Shown piece by piece: positions 48,384 to 57,705 of a stretch of DNA of 64,000 bases. Position 1 is the stretch's first letter, and every line of letters starts with the position of its first letter. The notes below the pieces were generated by a model that searched no databases, was not told the DNA's origin, and was given only the letters and a program-made list of their open reading frames with translations. The position numbers and the translations under genes were made by a program. Source of the DNA: Candidatus Woesearchaeota archaeon (GTDB taxonomy: Archaea > Nanobdellota > Nanobdellia > Woesearchaeales > UBA119); NCBI GenBank assembly GCA_030156615.1, contig JASGME010000004.1, positions 2,546 through 66,545 on the forward strand, read 5' to 3'.

Positions 48384-49589
48384 TCATCTAACTATATATT
48401 TTATCTCGGAATACTTATTATGTTCTTCCTTTCCTCTGACAATATGATGTTCAGAACATCTCGTAGTATAAGCCTCTTGAGCTCCTTGTTGTATCTGAGG
48501 TTCATCGTACGATGAGGCTAACCTTTCCCCATCAATGTTAATGAACCTCTGCGTCTCTGTAGCAATATTACTACATCCCGGATATGAGCAGAATCCTGTT
48601 CTGTTTATAATATCATCAGCAAGGCATAAAATTCTCCCTATGTCTTTATTGAAAGGCTCTCCCTTATAATCCCTTTTTAAAGCACTTATTATAAAACTGT
48701 ACCCTTTTGAATAGTATTTCTTTATGACATCGCTTATTCCGGGAATGAATTGGGCTTCATCTATAACAATGTTCTTTTTAAATGGTTCATCCTTAAGGAT
48801 ATCTTCAAGTTCCTCTCCGTTTCTTATTACTCTGCAAGGCTCACTTCTCTGATTATGTGATGTTATCTCATCCTTTTTGTATCGTGTGTCAATATGTGAT
48901 TTAAAAATATCAAAATCATAAGAATCATCTTTTGGATGCTTGAATTTTAGCCATTTCAATTTATCAATTTCCTCAAGCAAACTCTCTGTTTTAGACGAAT
49001 ACATTGGCCCTACAATTGCTTTAACCCTCGGCCTTTTCCCATCTTTAAATCCAAAATATTCCTGCCTTGATACTGGCATGTATTCTCCATTCTTATTTAA
49101 ACTAAGGTCTGCCTCTTCACCAGACAATTGGCTACTCGCACTTTTCTTCACATAATTTTGAGCCAAAGTCATCAACTGATCCATAGGTCCAAATGGTTCA
49201 GCATCCGAATCTAAATTAAGTCCTCCTAAAGTAACAAAGCGCTTAGAATCCCTCAAAGCTTCAACCAGTTTAACAATATTATTATCATAAAAATTAGCTC
49301 CGTCAATGAAAATATACTTTGCTTCAGGATTTTTCTTTAATTCATCAAATATTTCATCTGCAGTTGTTGCTTCCTTCGCTGGGAAACTGTTGCCGCCAGC
49401 TGCATGAATCTCATTTTTATACATTTTGTCAGAAAGAGGGTGTTTAAAAACCTCAATCATATTATCATCAATATGACCTCCCCTGATTAAACTAAGAATT
49501 ATATTGACCAGTTCTGAGCTTTTTCCAGCCTTAACTGGTCCATAAACAAGATTAACATACAGGGGCCTTTGAAGAATTGCACTATTCAT
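48384..49589 (-). CDS. tdk: tandem thymidine-kinase (TK1-family) fusion: degenerate N-terminal TK-like domain plus complete C-terminal TK with zinc ribbon
   Basis: Domain 1 P-loop VYGPVKAGKSSEL and IFIDGANF; domain 2 P-loop IVGPMYSSKTESL, VIDEAQFI, zinc ribbon CSYPGC...C..H; no stop codon between the halves. Confidence 0.6.
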   Translation of the reverse strand: MNSAILQRPLYVNLVYGPVKAGKSSELVNIILSLIRGGHIDDNMIEVFKHPLSDKMYKNEIHAAGGNSFPAKEATTADEIFDELKKNPEAKYIFIDGANFYDNNIVKLVEALRDSKRFVTLGGLNLDSDAEPFGPMDQLMTLAQNYVKKSASSQLSGEEADLSLNKNGEYMPVSRQEYFGFKDGKRPRVKAIVGPMYSSKTESLLEEIDKLKWLKFKHPKDDSYDFDIFKSHIDTRYKKDEITSHNQRSEPCRVIRNGEELEDILKDEPFKKNIVIDEAQFIPGISDVIKKYYSKGYSFIISALKRDYKGEPFNKDIGRILCLADDIINRTGFCSYPGCSNIATETQRFINIDGERLASSYDEPQIQQGAQEAYTTRCSEHHIVRGKEEHNKYSEIKYIVR

Positions 49590-49640
49590 TTAAACCATTT
49601 ACTTTTTCTATTTTTTAAATTTAATCAAACTCAAATATAT

Positions 49641-50735
49641 TTAATCCTTAGGTAGTTTTTTAATCTCTAAATAACCTTTATCAGTGAATATCTCAAATTC
49701 ATCATCTGAATTAAAGTTACATTCTTTAAAAATCTCTTTAGGAATCAAGAGATTATTACCTTTAAAATTTAAAGATGAGACAAAACTAGTTTTCTGATTG
49801 GCTTTAACAGGAGTTATCCCCAATTCTTTAAATAACTTCGATGTTGCAGTTCCATTTTTATTTTCCATAAAATTCTTACTTTCCTCAAACAAGAATCGAG
49901 CAATCTCATCAGCAACATCAATCTTTGTTGCCCTAGTTATTCCTTGAAGGCCTGGGCTAAGATTACCTTCAATAGCAACAGGTCCCTTTGCTCCATAAAG
50001 AATATCTATGGCGCATATCGAGGCACCCATAGATTTTGCAGCCTTTACTGCTACTTCCTTGGTCTTATCATCAATCAAGACAGGCTCACCTTCTCCTCCA
50101 GCATGAATATTTGCCCTTTTTTCTCCTATCTTCGCTCTTCTCATCATTGCTGCGACCACCTTCTTGCCTGCAACAATTACCCTCAAATCAGAATTTCCAC
50201 TCTCAACATATTCTTGGACTAAAAAAGGTTGTCTCAAAGCAGACAGGGTATCAAGAACAGAAGATGCAGATGCATAAGAATCAGCATAAAGCACTCCTTT
50301 CCCCTGCGTCCCATTAGGGATTTTAATTATTATAGGATAATTAGCATTTTTCTCTAAAAATTCTTTTGCCTTTTTTACATTTGAAAACAAATAACTTCTA
50401 GGTATGGGAACTTTTCCCAAAGCAAAAGCAATCATGTTCAGTATTTTATCATGACCAATCGTGAATCCTCTGCTTGTTATAGGTGTATAACATTCATCTT
50501 CAATTGCAGCAGCAATAGATTCTAATAGATTTGCATACCTAAAAGAACCTCTGATATAAACACAATCGTACCTCTCTAAAGCTTTTCCCTTATGCATAAT
50601 CGTCATCTTTCCCTGTTCAAGGCATTCCTCTATGTCTTTAAGATTAAAACTATCTACAGAATCAAAATAGTTTTTCATTGCAGCTTCAATCCATCTTGAG
50701 CTCAAACTCTGTTGACTTATTATACATCCTTTCAT
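49641..50735 (-). CDS. RimK-family ATP-grasp ligase (alpha-L-glutamate ligase-like) with about 70-aa C-terminal extension
   Basis: IIIKIPNGTQGKGV, LVQEYVESGNSDLRVIVAGKKVVAAMMRRAKIGEKRANIHAGGEGE, ICAIDIL all match the RimK pattern. Confidence 0.72.
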   Translation of the reverse strand: MKGCIISQQSLSSRWIEAAMKNYFDSVDSFNLKDIEECLEQGKMTIMHKGKALERYDCVYIRGSFRYANLLESIAAAIEDECYTPITSRGFTIGHDKILNMIAFALGKVPIPRSYLFSNVKKAKEFLEKNANYPIIIKIPNGTQGKGVLYADSYASASSVLDTLSALRQPFLVQEYVESGNSDLRVIVAGKKVVAAMMRRAKIGEKRANIHAGGEGEPVLIDDKTKEVAVKAAKSMGASICAIDILYGAKGPVAIEGNLSPGLQGITRATKIDVADEIARFLFEESKNFMENKNGTATSKLFKELGITPVKANQKTSFVSSLNFKGNNLLIPKEIFKECNFNSDDEFEIFTDKGYLEIKKLPKD

Positions 50736-50812
50736 TTAAAAACCCCCTTATTTACTAATTAGTTTTTTAATTATTATTTTCAATTTATTTTATCTTTTAA
50801 TCTTCATTTATT

Positions 50813-51160
50813 TTACTTCTTATTCGGATTTATTAAGAATCCTAGCTTTTTAAGAGCATTTCTTCCTAAGAGTACAGGATAACTTAATTCAGACCTGTCT
50901 GCAAGGGAAGCGTTAACCAAAATCGTCTTATCTTTTACAGTTAATTTAACCTTTACATAAGGCCTTCTTTGCTTTCCATTTGCAGACTTAATAAGCTTAA
51001 CCTTATGGATTGGCCCCAATTCAAGCTCTCTAGCCAATTCATACGATACTGAACAGCTGGAAGCACCTGTATCAACCCTTGCTTTAACCTTCTTTGATTT
51101 ATTCTTGCCAGCTATCTTAGCAATACAAACAAATCCTATTTCGTTATCCTCTGTCATCAT
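50813..51160 (-). CDS. retropepsin-like aspartic peptidase (DUF785 / COG4067, RimK-associated)
   Basis: VDTGASS catalytic D-T/S-G-A motif; 115 aa; immediately upstream of the RimK-like gene, a known pairing. Confidence 0.55.
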   Translation of the reverse strand: MMTEDNEIGFVCIAKIAGKNKSKKVKARVDTGASSCSVSYELARELELGPIHKVKLIKSANGKQRRPYVKVKLTVKDKTILVNASLADRSELSYPVLLGRNALKKLGFLINPNKK

Positions 51161-51384
51161 CTATCCTTGATAATTTTTAATGCAGTCTTGATGTCTCCTT
51201 CTCTTAAAGTCTTATTCCCAGAAACCTTACTAATCTCAATAGCTTTTCTTGATATCTTTTTTGCATATTCCTCAATCCAATCTCTAAGCTCCTCAACAGC
51301 CTCTTTTGAGACTTCACTAATTTCATCGCTATAAAATTCCCTTTTCAAAGGACTAAGAGGGATTCTATCTCTATTCTTTGGCAT
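51157..51384 (-). CDS. archaeal histone-fold protein (HMf-like)
   Basis: IPLSPLKREF..ISEVSKEAVEELRDWIEEYAKKISRKAIEISKVSGNKTLREGDIKTALKII aligns with the HMfB pattern (LPIAP..R.......RVS.DA...L...LEE....I...A...A.HAGRKT.K.EDI.LA). Confidence 0.55.
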   Translation of the reverse strand: MPKNRDRIPLSPLKREFYSDEISEVSKEAVEELRDWIEEYAKKISRKAIEISKVSGNKTLREGDIKTALKIIKDR

Positions 51385-51418
51385 ATAGAACTAAAAAACA
51401 GATTAATTTATATAACTT

Positions 51419-52150
51419 TTGCTCCTCTTTTTATTTATGTCCAATGAGAATCAAAAGAAGCAACCAGTAGATAACGATGTTATTGATGAAATAATAAAAA
51501 TCTTGGAAAAATCAATATTGAAATACCAGCTTCCGATAGTCACCCAAATACGAATAAAGACAAACAAACCATTTGTTGTATTAATCTCAACAATGCTGAG
51601 CTTAAGAACAAAAGACAAGATAACAAAAGAATCTACAATGAGACTTTTAGAGTTGGGAGATTCCCCAGAAAAGCTTTTAAAATTCTCTCAAGAAGATATT
51701 GAAAAAGCAATATACCCAGTTGGATTTTATAAAACTAAAGCAAAGAATATCCTTAAAACATCTCAAATCCTTAAAGAAAAGTACAACGGAGAAGTTCCAA
51801 AAGATATGAATGGACTTCTTGAACTCCCTGGAGTAGGAAGAAAAACAGCAAACCTTGTATTAGGAGAAGCTTTTAACATTCCATCAATCTGTGTAGACAC
51901 ACATGTACATAGAATAAGCAACAGACTCGGTTATGTTTCAACATCTAACCCAAAGGAAACTGAGTTTGCTCTCCGTGAAAAACTTCCTCAGAAATATTGG
52001 ATAAGGTACAATACACTTCTAGTAACCCTTGGTCAAAATATATGTCTCCCAAGAAGTCCTCTTTGTTCTAAATGTCCAATAGAAAAATATTGCCCAAAAA
52101 TTGGTGTTAAAAAAGCAGATAACAAAAATTCCTCTCTATCTATCATCTAA
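51419..52150 (+). CDS. nth: endonuclease III (HhH-GPD DNA glycosylase, 4Fe-4S)
   Basis: LPGVGRKTANLVL HhH-GPD, catalytic K/D region, C-terminal CLPRSPLCSKCPIEKYC Fe-S cluster loop. Confidence 0.85.
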   Translation: MLLFLFMSNENQKKQPVDNDVIDEIIKILEKSILKYQLPIVTQIRIKTNKPFVVLISTMLSLRTKDKITKESTMRLLELGDSPEKLLKFSQEDIEKAIYPVGFYKTKAKNILKTSQILKEKYNGEVPKDMNGLLELPGVGRKTANLVLGEAFNIPSICVDTHVHRISNRLGYVSTSNPKETEFALREKLPQKYWIRYNTLLVTLGQNICLPRSPLCSKCPIEKYCPKIGVKKADNKNSSLSII

Positions 52151-52227
52151 AGGTGCTGTTTTTCACCAGAGGAATTTTTGGGATTAAAAAGACAAGTCTT
52201 TATCTATCACCTAAAAGTGCTGTTTTT
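52135..52227 (+). repeat. direct repeat of about 29 nt (TCTaTCTATCAyCTAAArGTGCTGTTTTT), two copies 62 bp apart; copy 1 spans the nth stop codon
   Basis: Copies at 52135-52163 and 52197-52227 with about 27/29 identity; each ends in an oligo-T tract (archaeal terminator-like). Confidence 0.45.
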
Positions 52228-52291
52228 AGCTTCGTCTTTTAAATAACAAATACATTTAAATACCTTTTCAACATATTTCTTAAGAAGGAAG

Positions 52292-52888
52292 ATGGGCACG
52301 CGAGTTAAATCAGGGACAATTATTGGAGAAACTAAGTTAAGCATAAAACACAAAAATACCCCTTTTGATATGAATGCACTTGCTGCCTTTATGCATGATT
52401 GGCTCCTTGAAGAAGGATTTCATGATGATACCGGCTCAGACGATTTCATTGAAACATATTACTGGCAGGAATCAACACAAAAGGGCAAAAATGTGTGGTT
52501 TTGGTGGCGAACATTTGCAGGCCCCGAGAAAACCCAATCAACTTATTTTGAATATCATCTTGATTTAGAATGCCAAATCTTAGGATTAATTGATGTTGAA
52601 ACCGTAGTCAATGATAAGAAACTTAAGCTCAATAATGGAGAAGTAAACATAAACATAAAAGGATATATGGTTTTTGATCCAAACGATCTCCTGAAGACGC
52701 ATCCTTTTATAAAAACAATTTATAACTTCTTTCCAAAATCATGGCTCCATAAAGAGATAAATTTGCACAAAAAAACATCAAAAAAGCTAACATCAGATTT
52801 TTATAATGCAATAAAGGCTCATTTAGAACACCGCACCTTATCAGAGCAATTCCCGAATTTTGCTCCAAATAGAGGAATTGAGCATTGA
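52292..52888 (+). CDS. hypothetical protein
   Basis: 198-aa ORF; Trp-rich segment; no motif. Confidence 0.35.
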   Translation: MGTRVKSGTIIGETKLSIKHKNTPFDMNALAAFMHDWLLEEGFHDDTGSDDFIETYYWQESTQKGKNVWFWWRTFAGPEKTQSTYFEYHLDLECQILGLIDVETVVNDKKLKLNNGEVNINIKGYMVFDPNDLLKTHPFIKTIYNFFPKSWLHKEINLHKKTSKKLTSDFYNAIKAHLEHRTLSEQFPNFAPNRGIEH

Positions 52889-52922
52889 AATAACTAGTTT
52901 TTATAATTCTTTTTAAATAGAA

Positions 52923-54254
52923 TCATATAATTCTTGCAATAAGAGAATAACCACTTACACCAACAATCTCAACATTTATCCAATGCCCTATAGATTCATC
53001 TGAAACGATTCTTAACTTCTTTTCTATATCTTCATTTGGAATAATTAATTGCTTATACCAAAGATTCCTTGCCTTCATTGTTTTAAGTTTTCCTTTTTCG
53101 TCAATAAGTGCCTTGCCTTTCCATCCTACCCAATCTTTGTTTCTATCTTTAACGATTTCATTGAAAACATCTTTCAAAATCTTAGCCCTTTCTATTCCAA
53201 CCTCTGGCTTTAATTGTTCCATTGTCGCAGCCCTTGTTCCGGGCCTTGCCCAAAATCTAGAAATATTAATAACATCAGGCTTAATCTCCTTAATAAGCTC
53301 AACACTCTTTTTGAAATCTTCTTCAGTTTCATGTGGAAAACCAACAATAACATCTGTTGCTAAACTAACAGCCGGAATTTTATTCTTAATCCTTTTAAAA
53401 AGCGTTAGAAAATCATTAGCACTATACCCCCTATTCATCATCTTTAAAACCATATCACTGCCTGATTGAACAGGAATATGAAGAAATCTGAAAAAATGTT
53501 TAGAGTCTGCAATAACTTCATTAAAATCATCGACAATTCTAAGAAGATGATTTGGATTACTCATTCCAAGTCTTACCCAGAATTCTCCATTTAGCTCATC
53601 AATATCTTTCATTAGCTCAATAAAGCTTTCCCTTATATCAAAGCCGTAATTAGCCAAATCCTGAGAAGTTAGCCAGATTTCTTTAGCTCCTTCTCTTAGA
53701 AAGGTCTCAATCTGACATATGATATCTTTTTTTGGATAAGATTGTAAAACTCCCCTTGCCTGTTTTGTTTTACAATAGCTACAATTGCCCAAACAACCCT
53801 CTGCGATTGGCACTATTGAAATTGTCTTATTGAACATATTGTAATTTAATTTATGAAAATCTTTCTTAGTTCCATTCCAGAATACAGTTCTTTTTCCAGC
53901 AATGATTTCATCAACAGATCTAACAATATCGTCAAGATTCCTTGTTCCGATAATACTAACATCTTTTAATCTATTATCATTTACTAGCCCCTTTTCTGCA
54001 TCAACAACACACCCTGCAGCAATAACCTTTTTTTTGCTCTCTTTTGCATTCCTCAAAGCCCTAAAGAGTTTCGTTTCAGCATTGTTTTTAACAGTGCAGG
54101 AGTTAATTATAACAACATCTGAATTTTCATAATTAGAGATTTCATATCCTGCTTCCTCGAGTCTTCTTTTCATATACAAAGAATCAGCCTGATTTGCAGA
54201 GCATCCATAAGTCTTTATGAATACATTCGCCTTCTTCTTGATAATATTCTTCAT
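52923..54254 (-). CDS. MiaB-family radical-SAM methylthiotransferase (archaeal e-MtaB/CDKAL1-like, ms2t6A)
   Basis: UPF0004 N-terminal YGCSANQADS, radical-SAM CLGNCSYC, C-terminal TRAM region; 443 aa. Confidence 0.8.
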   Translation of the reverse strand: MKNIIKKKANVFIKTYGCSANQADSLYMKRRLEEAGYEISNYENSDVVIINSCTVKNNAETKLFRALRNAKESKKKVIAAGCVVDAEKGLVNDNRLKDVSIIGTRNLDDIVRSVDEIIAGKRTVFWNGTKKDFHKLNYNMFNKTISIVPIAEGCLGNCSYCKTKQARGVLQSYPKKDIICQIETFLREGAKEIWLTSQDLANYGFDIRESFIELMKDIDELNGEFWVRLGMSNPNHLLRIVDDFNEVIADSKHFFRFLHIPVQSGSDMVLKMMNRGYSANDFLTLFKRIKNKIPAVSLATDVIVGFPHETEEDFKKSVELIKEIKPDVINISRFWARPGTRAATMEQLKPEVGIERAKILKDVFNEIVKDRNKDWVGWKGKALIDEKGKLKTMKARNLWYKQLIIPNEDIEKKLRIVSDESIGHWINVEIVGVSGYSLIARII

Positions 54255-54412
54255 AATTTTTAGGAGTGAGGCTTAATTTTAAAAGCCTTTTGCGACTCAT
54301 ATTTAAATTCTATTGAAGTTTGTTGTTTTTATTCAATCTTTAACCATCTTATTGAAATAATTCAAAGATTTTCTTAACAATTTTTTATATCTTCTATATT
54401 TTTCTAAAATTA

Positions 54413-54940
54413 TTGATGCAAATGAATCTCAAAAACATTATTCAGGATATAATGGGGATTATTATTGCCCTTTCAATCTCAGCCCTTACACTTGCAAGTA
54501 TAGTTGCAGGCGTATATTCTACTGGAATAATAAATGATAGCGATAGCTTAACCAACTTTTTCTCATTGCAAACCCCGATAGAAGAAGCTCCTCAAGACAT
54601 TATTAAAGAAAAAGATATTAAGATAAGGCACAATTCTGTCATCATAAATGTTAAGAATGCATCAATTGTTGAGATTGAACAGCCATACTTAAATCTATTA
54701 CTTCTCCCTAAAGGCAGTCATGCTCTCCTGATAGATCCATCATCACTAGATCAACTATCCTTTGATAGCTTAAAAGAAGGAGACATAGTATACTATGAAT
54801 CAGGGAATAATTCAACAGGATTTTCAAGAATCTTTGAAATACACACTGAAAATAATATCACTTATTTTATAGATGCATTTACAAAAAAAAGCATTAAGGA
54901 AGATGAAATAATTGGTGTAGTTGCGGCCTTCACTTATTGA
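54413..54940 (+). CDS. membrane-anchored hypothetical protein
   Basis: N-terminal signal-anchor, then beta-rich soluble part; no firm family motif. Confidence 0.35.
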   Translation: MMQMNLKNIIQDIMGIIIALSISALTLASIVAGVYSTGIINDSDSLTNFFSLQTPIEEAPQDIIKEKDIKIRHNSVIINVKNASIVEIEQPYLNLLLLPKGSHALLIDPSSLDQLSFDSLKEGDIVYYESGNNSTGFSRIFEIHTENNITYFIDAFTKKSIKEDEIIGVVAAFTY

Positions 54941-54989
54941 TTATCTCTTTCAATATCATTCAATCAGTTCGATCCTTTTTCCTATTAGC

Positions 54990-55742
54990 TTATATTACAT
55001 TTAGCAATGAGTAAACCATCCTGTCTCCTGCATGCTCTAGAACAGAAACATTCTCACCGCTAATGATAATACAATCATCTCTAAAGAAAATTCTATTACC
55101 AGAAGTTTCGTTTATTTCATACCTGATTACAGAAACAAAAGTCTCTGTTCTATTTTCAACATTAATCATATCGCCTTCCGAAGCATTGTAGCAATCAATG
55201 ACCATTGCAGCTTTATCATCGTAACCAGCTGGAATATAAGTTACCCCAACAACACTTGGAATTCCTAATATGCCCGTATTGTTCTTTCTAGGATTTAGAA
55301 TCTTTGAAATTTCCATGGCAGATAATCCAACACTGCTTGGCATAAAAGGATCTGTAGTTATAAAAACAACATCTGAGCTTAGCAACCTATCTTTGATTTT
55401 GCTTTCATTTATAATCTCAATATATTCAACCTCTTCAGGATTATACCTGACCATCAATTCATAAGACTGATTTCCAACCTTGACTAGAGTAGACCAACCA
55501 ACAAGCTCTTTCTTAAAAATGAAATCATTATATTTTATTATCCCTGGACTAGAATGATTGTCTTTTTCTCCTTTTAAATGAAAATCAATTACCCCAAGCT
55601 GTTGTAAAAGCAACCATAAAAAAGCAACAGCAATCATTACAATGATAATATTGACAGCAAAAATCTTTATCCTGCCTTTTTCTTTTCTTTTATGTATCGC
55701 CATATTAATCACTAAAAAAGTTTTCTTCGTTAATAACTCCAA
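54990..55742 (-). CDS. membrane-anchored hypothetical protein
   Basis: Basic N-terminus (KRKEKGR) then a single TM; overlaps the upstream gene by 38 nt. Confidence 0.35.
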   Translation of the reverse strand: MELLTKKTFLVINMAIHKRKEKGRIKIFAVNIIIVMIAVAFLWLLLQQLGVIDFHLKGEKDNHSSPGIIKYNDFIFKKELVGWSTLVKVGNQSYELMVRYNPEEVEYIEIINESKIKDRLLSSDVVFITTDPFMPSSVGLSAMEISKILNPRKNNTGILGIPSVVGVTYIPAGYDDKAAMVIDCYNASEGDMINVENRTETFVSVIRYEINETSGNRIFFRDDCIIISGENVSVLEHAGDRMVYSLLNVI

Positions 55743-56352
55743 GCCTTACATATTCAACCAATTCAAAGAATTGAATAACATCATAAGGAGTATTTGAATC
55801 TATTTCAATTTCATAGCATTGCTCTCCAATCTTATTTAAAACACTTTCGTTTCCCTCATTAAAGATTACTACAGGCGACATGGTTGAGTTGATGCAGTTA
55901 ACCTGAGCTAAACTTCCACCATCCACGAATCCCTGAATTATTTTAATGGGTTTTATCCCACCGAGATTTTTTTCAATCTCAAGCCTGCCATAGGAAACAT
56001 AACCAGTGAGATCAGAATTTTCATGAGTAGAAACAAGCAATATAGGTGTTTTTTGAATAATATTAAAAAGTTCCTTTGAAAGATTAAAAGTCTTTATCTC
56101 TGATGGGAGAAAATTAAATCCGATATCTTTTCTGTTGTATTTAAGAATCCATCCATTGTTTGTCATTGAAAAACTATAATCCCCAAACACTATTTCATTC
56201 TCAGGATTTCCTTGAGAATTCATTATGGCAAATTGGATTGTACTACCAACAAAAAGAAAAGCCACGAGAAGACTCCAGATAAGCATATTTCTCTTTCTTC
56301 TCTTCTCTTTTTTAATATTTTTCAATTCTTTTTTAGCCATTTGTAGTTCCAC
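55705..56352 (-). CDS. membrane-anchored hypothetical protein
   Basis: Basic N-terminus (KKEKRRKR) then a single TM. Confidence 0.35.
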   Translation of the reverse strand: MELQMAKKELKNIKKEKRRKRNMLIWSLLVAFLFVGSTIQFAIMNSQGNPENEIVFGDYSFSMTNNGWILKYNRKDIGFNFLPSEIKTFNLSKELFNIIQKTPILLVSTHENSDLTGYVSYGRLEIEKNLGGIKPIKIIQGFVDGGSLAQVNCINSTMSPVVIFNEGNESVLNKIGEQCYEIEIDSNTPYDVIQFFELVEYVRLGVINEENFFSD

Positions 56353-56371
56353 TTTCTGCTTGTAAAAGAAA

Positions 56372-56446
56372 TGGGCCCGCGGAGATTTGAACTCCGGACC
56401 TCTCGATTATCAGTCGAGCGCTCCAACCTGGCTAAGCTACGGGCCC
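56372..56446 (-). tRNA. tRNA-Ile (GAU)
   Basis: Manual fold: acceptor GGGCCCG/CGGGCCC, anticodon stem CTCGA/TCGAG, loop CTGATAA, T-loop TTCAAAT; 75 nt. Confidence 0.85.
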
Positions 56447-56613
56447 CTCGCCTTAAGACTCTGCTGAGACTTCTTGTTTAATTAATAAAGTTTTCGATTG
56501 GTCTCTCAAACAAGGAGTTTAACATATCTTTATTGAAAAGATGTAAGAATCAAAAAGAGAATTGCTTATTAAACTCGAAATCTTTAATAATCTTTTCGTA
56601 TTCTTTCATGAGA

Positions 56614-57705
56614 ATGGACAAAATTCCTATTGCCTTTCCATATTGTTCAGACGAGCTAATTGAATCCGTTGGAGAAACCATCAAATCAGGAAGATGGGCA
56701 AGAGGCAGGCATGCAGAAGAATTTGAGAAAGAATTTGCGTCTTACATAGGAAAAAAGTCTGCTTTTGCTGTTAATAGCGGGACAACTGCATTAAGACTTG
56801 CATTAAGATCTTTAAATCTTAAGAAAAAAACAAAAGTAATCGTTCCAGACATGAGTTTTATTGCTACTGCTCAATCTGTTATATTAGAAGGTCTTGACCC
56901 TGTTTTTTTAGATGTAAATTATGATGGAAATCTTGATCCGACTTCTCTTGAAAAATTTCTTTCTAATTCATATCAAGAAGTTGGTGCAGTAATGCTTGTT
57001 CATCTTCATGGTAAAGCAGCTCAAGTTGTTGAAATTTCAGAAATCTGCAGGAAATATAATGTTCCTCTGATTGAAGATTGCTCTCAAGCTACAGGCGTAG
57101 AAATCAAAAGAAAAAAAGCAGGCTCTTTTGGAGATTTATCAGTATTCAGTCTTTATGCTACAAAAACATTAGCAAGCGGAGAAGGCGGCATCATTGCTTT
57201 TGATAATCAAGAATTAAGAGATTTTTTTTCTGCTTCTTCTGACAACGGTTTTTATAAAGGAAAACTAATCAATTCGCTAGGAGATAGCCTTCGATTTAGT
57301 GATATTCATGCAACTATTGCTTTATTCCATCTAAAGAATCTTGATGAATTAAATGCAAAGAGAATTATAATTGCAAAGCAATATCATGATAAGTTTAATT
57401 CGCTTAATAATATAATCCTGCCTTCTTTAGAAAATAATGTCTTCCATCATTATAACATTGTAATTAAAAAAGAATACAAATTTTCTTTTCAAGAGGCATA
57501 TTCTTATTTCAATAACTCAGGCATTGAGATAAGACAATATTATCCATACACTTTATCTTCAATCTTTGAGAGAAAGCCTCAAAAAACAGCATCTTATCTG
57601 TCAAAGAACTCGTTTTGCATCCCAATCTTTCCTTCACTGAACACTGATCAAATTAATAAAGTTAGCGAAAACACATACAATTTTTTGAAAGGTTTGAAAA
57701 AATGA
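56614..57705 (+). CDS. DegT/DnrJ/EryC1-family PLP-dependent sugar aminotransferase
   Basis: SGTTALRLAL, catalytic Lys region SLYATKTLASGEGG, family-typical length. I chose start MDKIPIAF (ORF-track start 56533). Confidence 0.75.
   Translation: MDKIPIAFPYCSDELIESVGETIKSGRWARGRHAEEFEKEFASYIGKKSAFAVNSGTTALRLALRSLNLKKKTKVIVPDMSFIATAQSVILEGLDPVFLDVNYDGNLDPTSLEKFLSNSYQEVGAVMLVHLHGKAAQVVEISEICRKYNVPLIEDCSQATGVEIKRKKAGSFGDLSVFSLYATKTLASGEGGIIAFDNQELRDFFSASSDNGFYKGKLINSLGDSLRFSDIHATIALFHLKNLDELNAKRIIIAKQYHDKFNSLNNIILPSLENNVFHHYNIVIKKEYKFSFQEAYSYFNNSGIEIRQYYPYTLSSIFERKPQKTASYLSKNSFCIPIFPSLNTDQINKVSENTYNFLKGLKK

Noticed and set aside
42580-52300. Integrated mobile element or prophage spanning the orphan proteins, the Cas4-like nuclease and the TK fusion, bounded by the nth-end direct repeat
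   Set aside because: No integrase, transposase, capsid or terminase gene is present. The direct repeats are only 62 bp apart. The composition does not visibly differ from the flanks.
54413-54940. Signal peptidase I (S26) or type IV pilin assignment for the 175-aa membrane-anchored protein
   Set aside because: No SGSMEP-type Ser box or Lys/His box is present, and the N-terminus lacks a convincing class-III cleavage motif. I left it as hypothetical.
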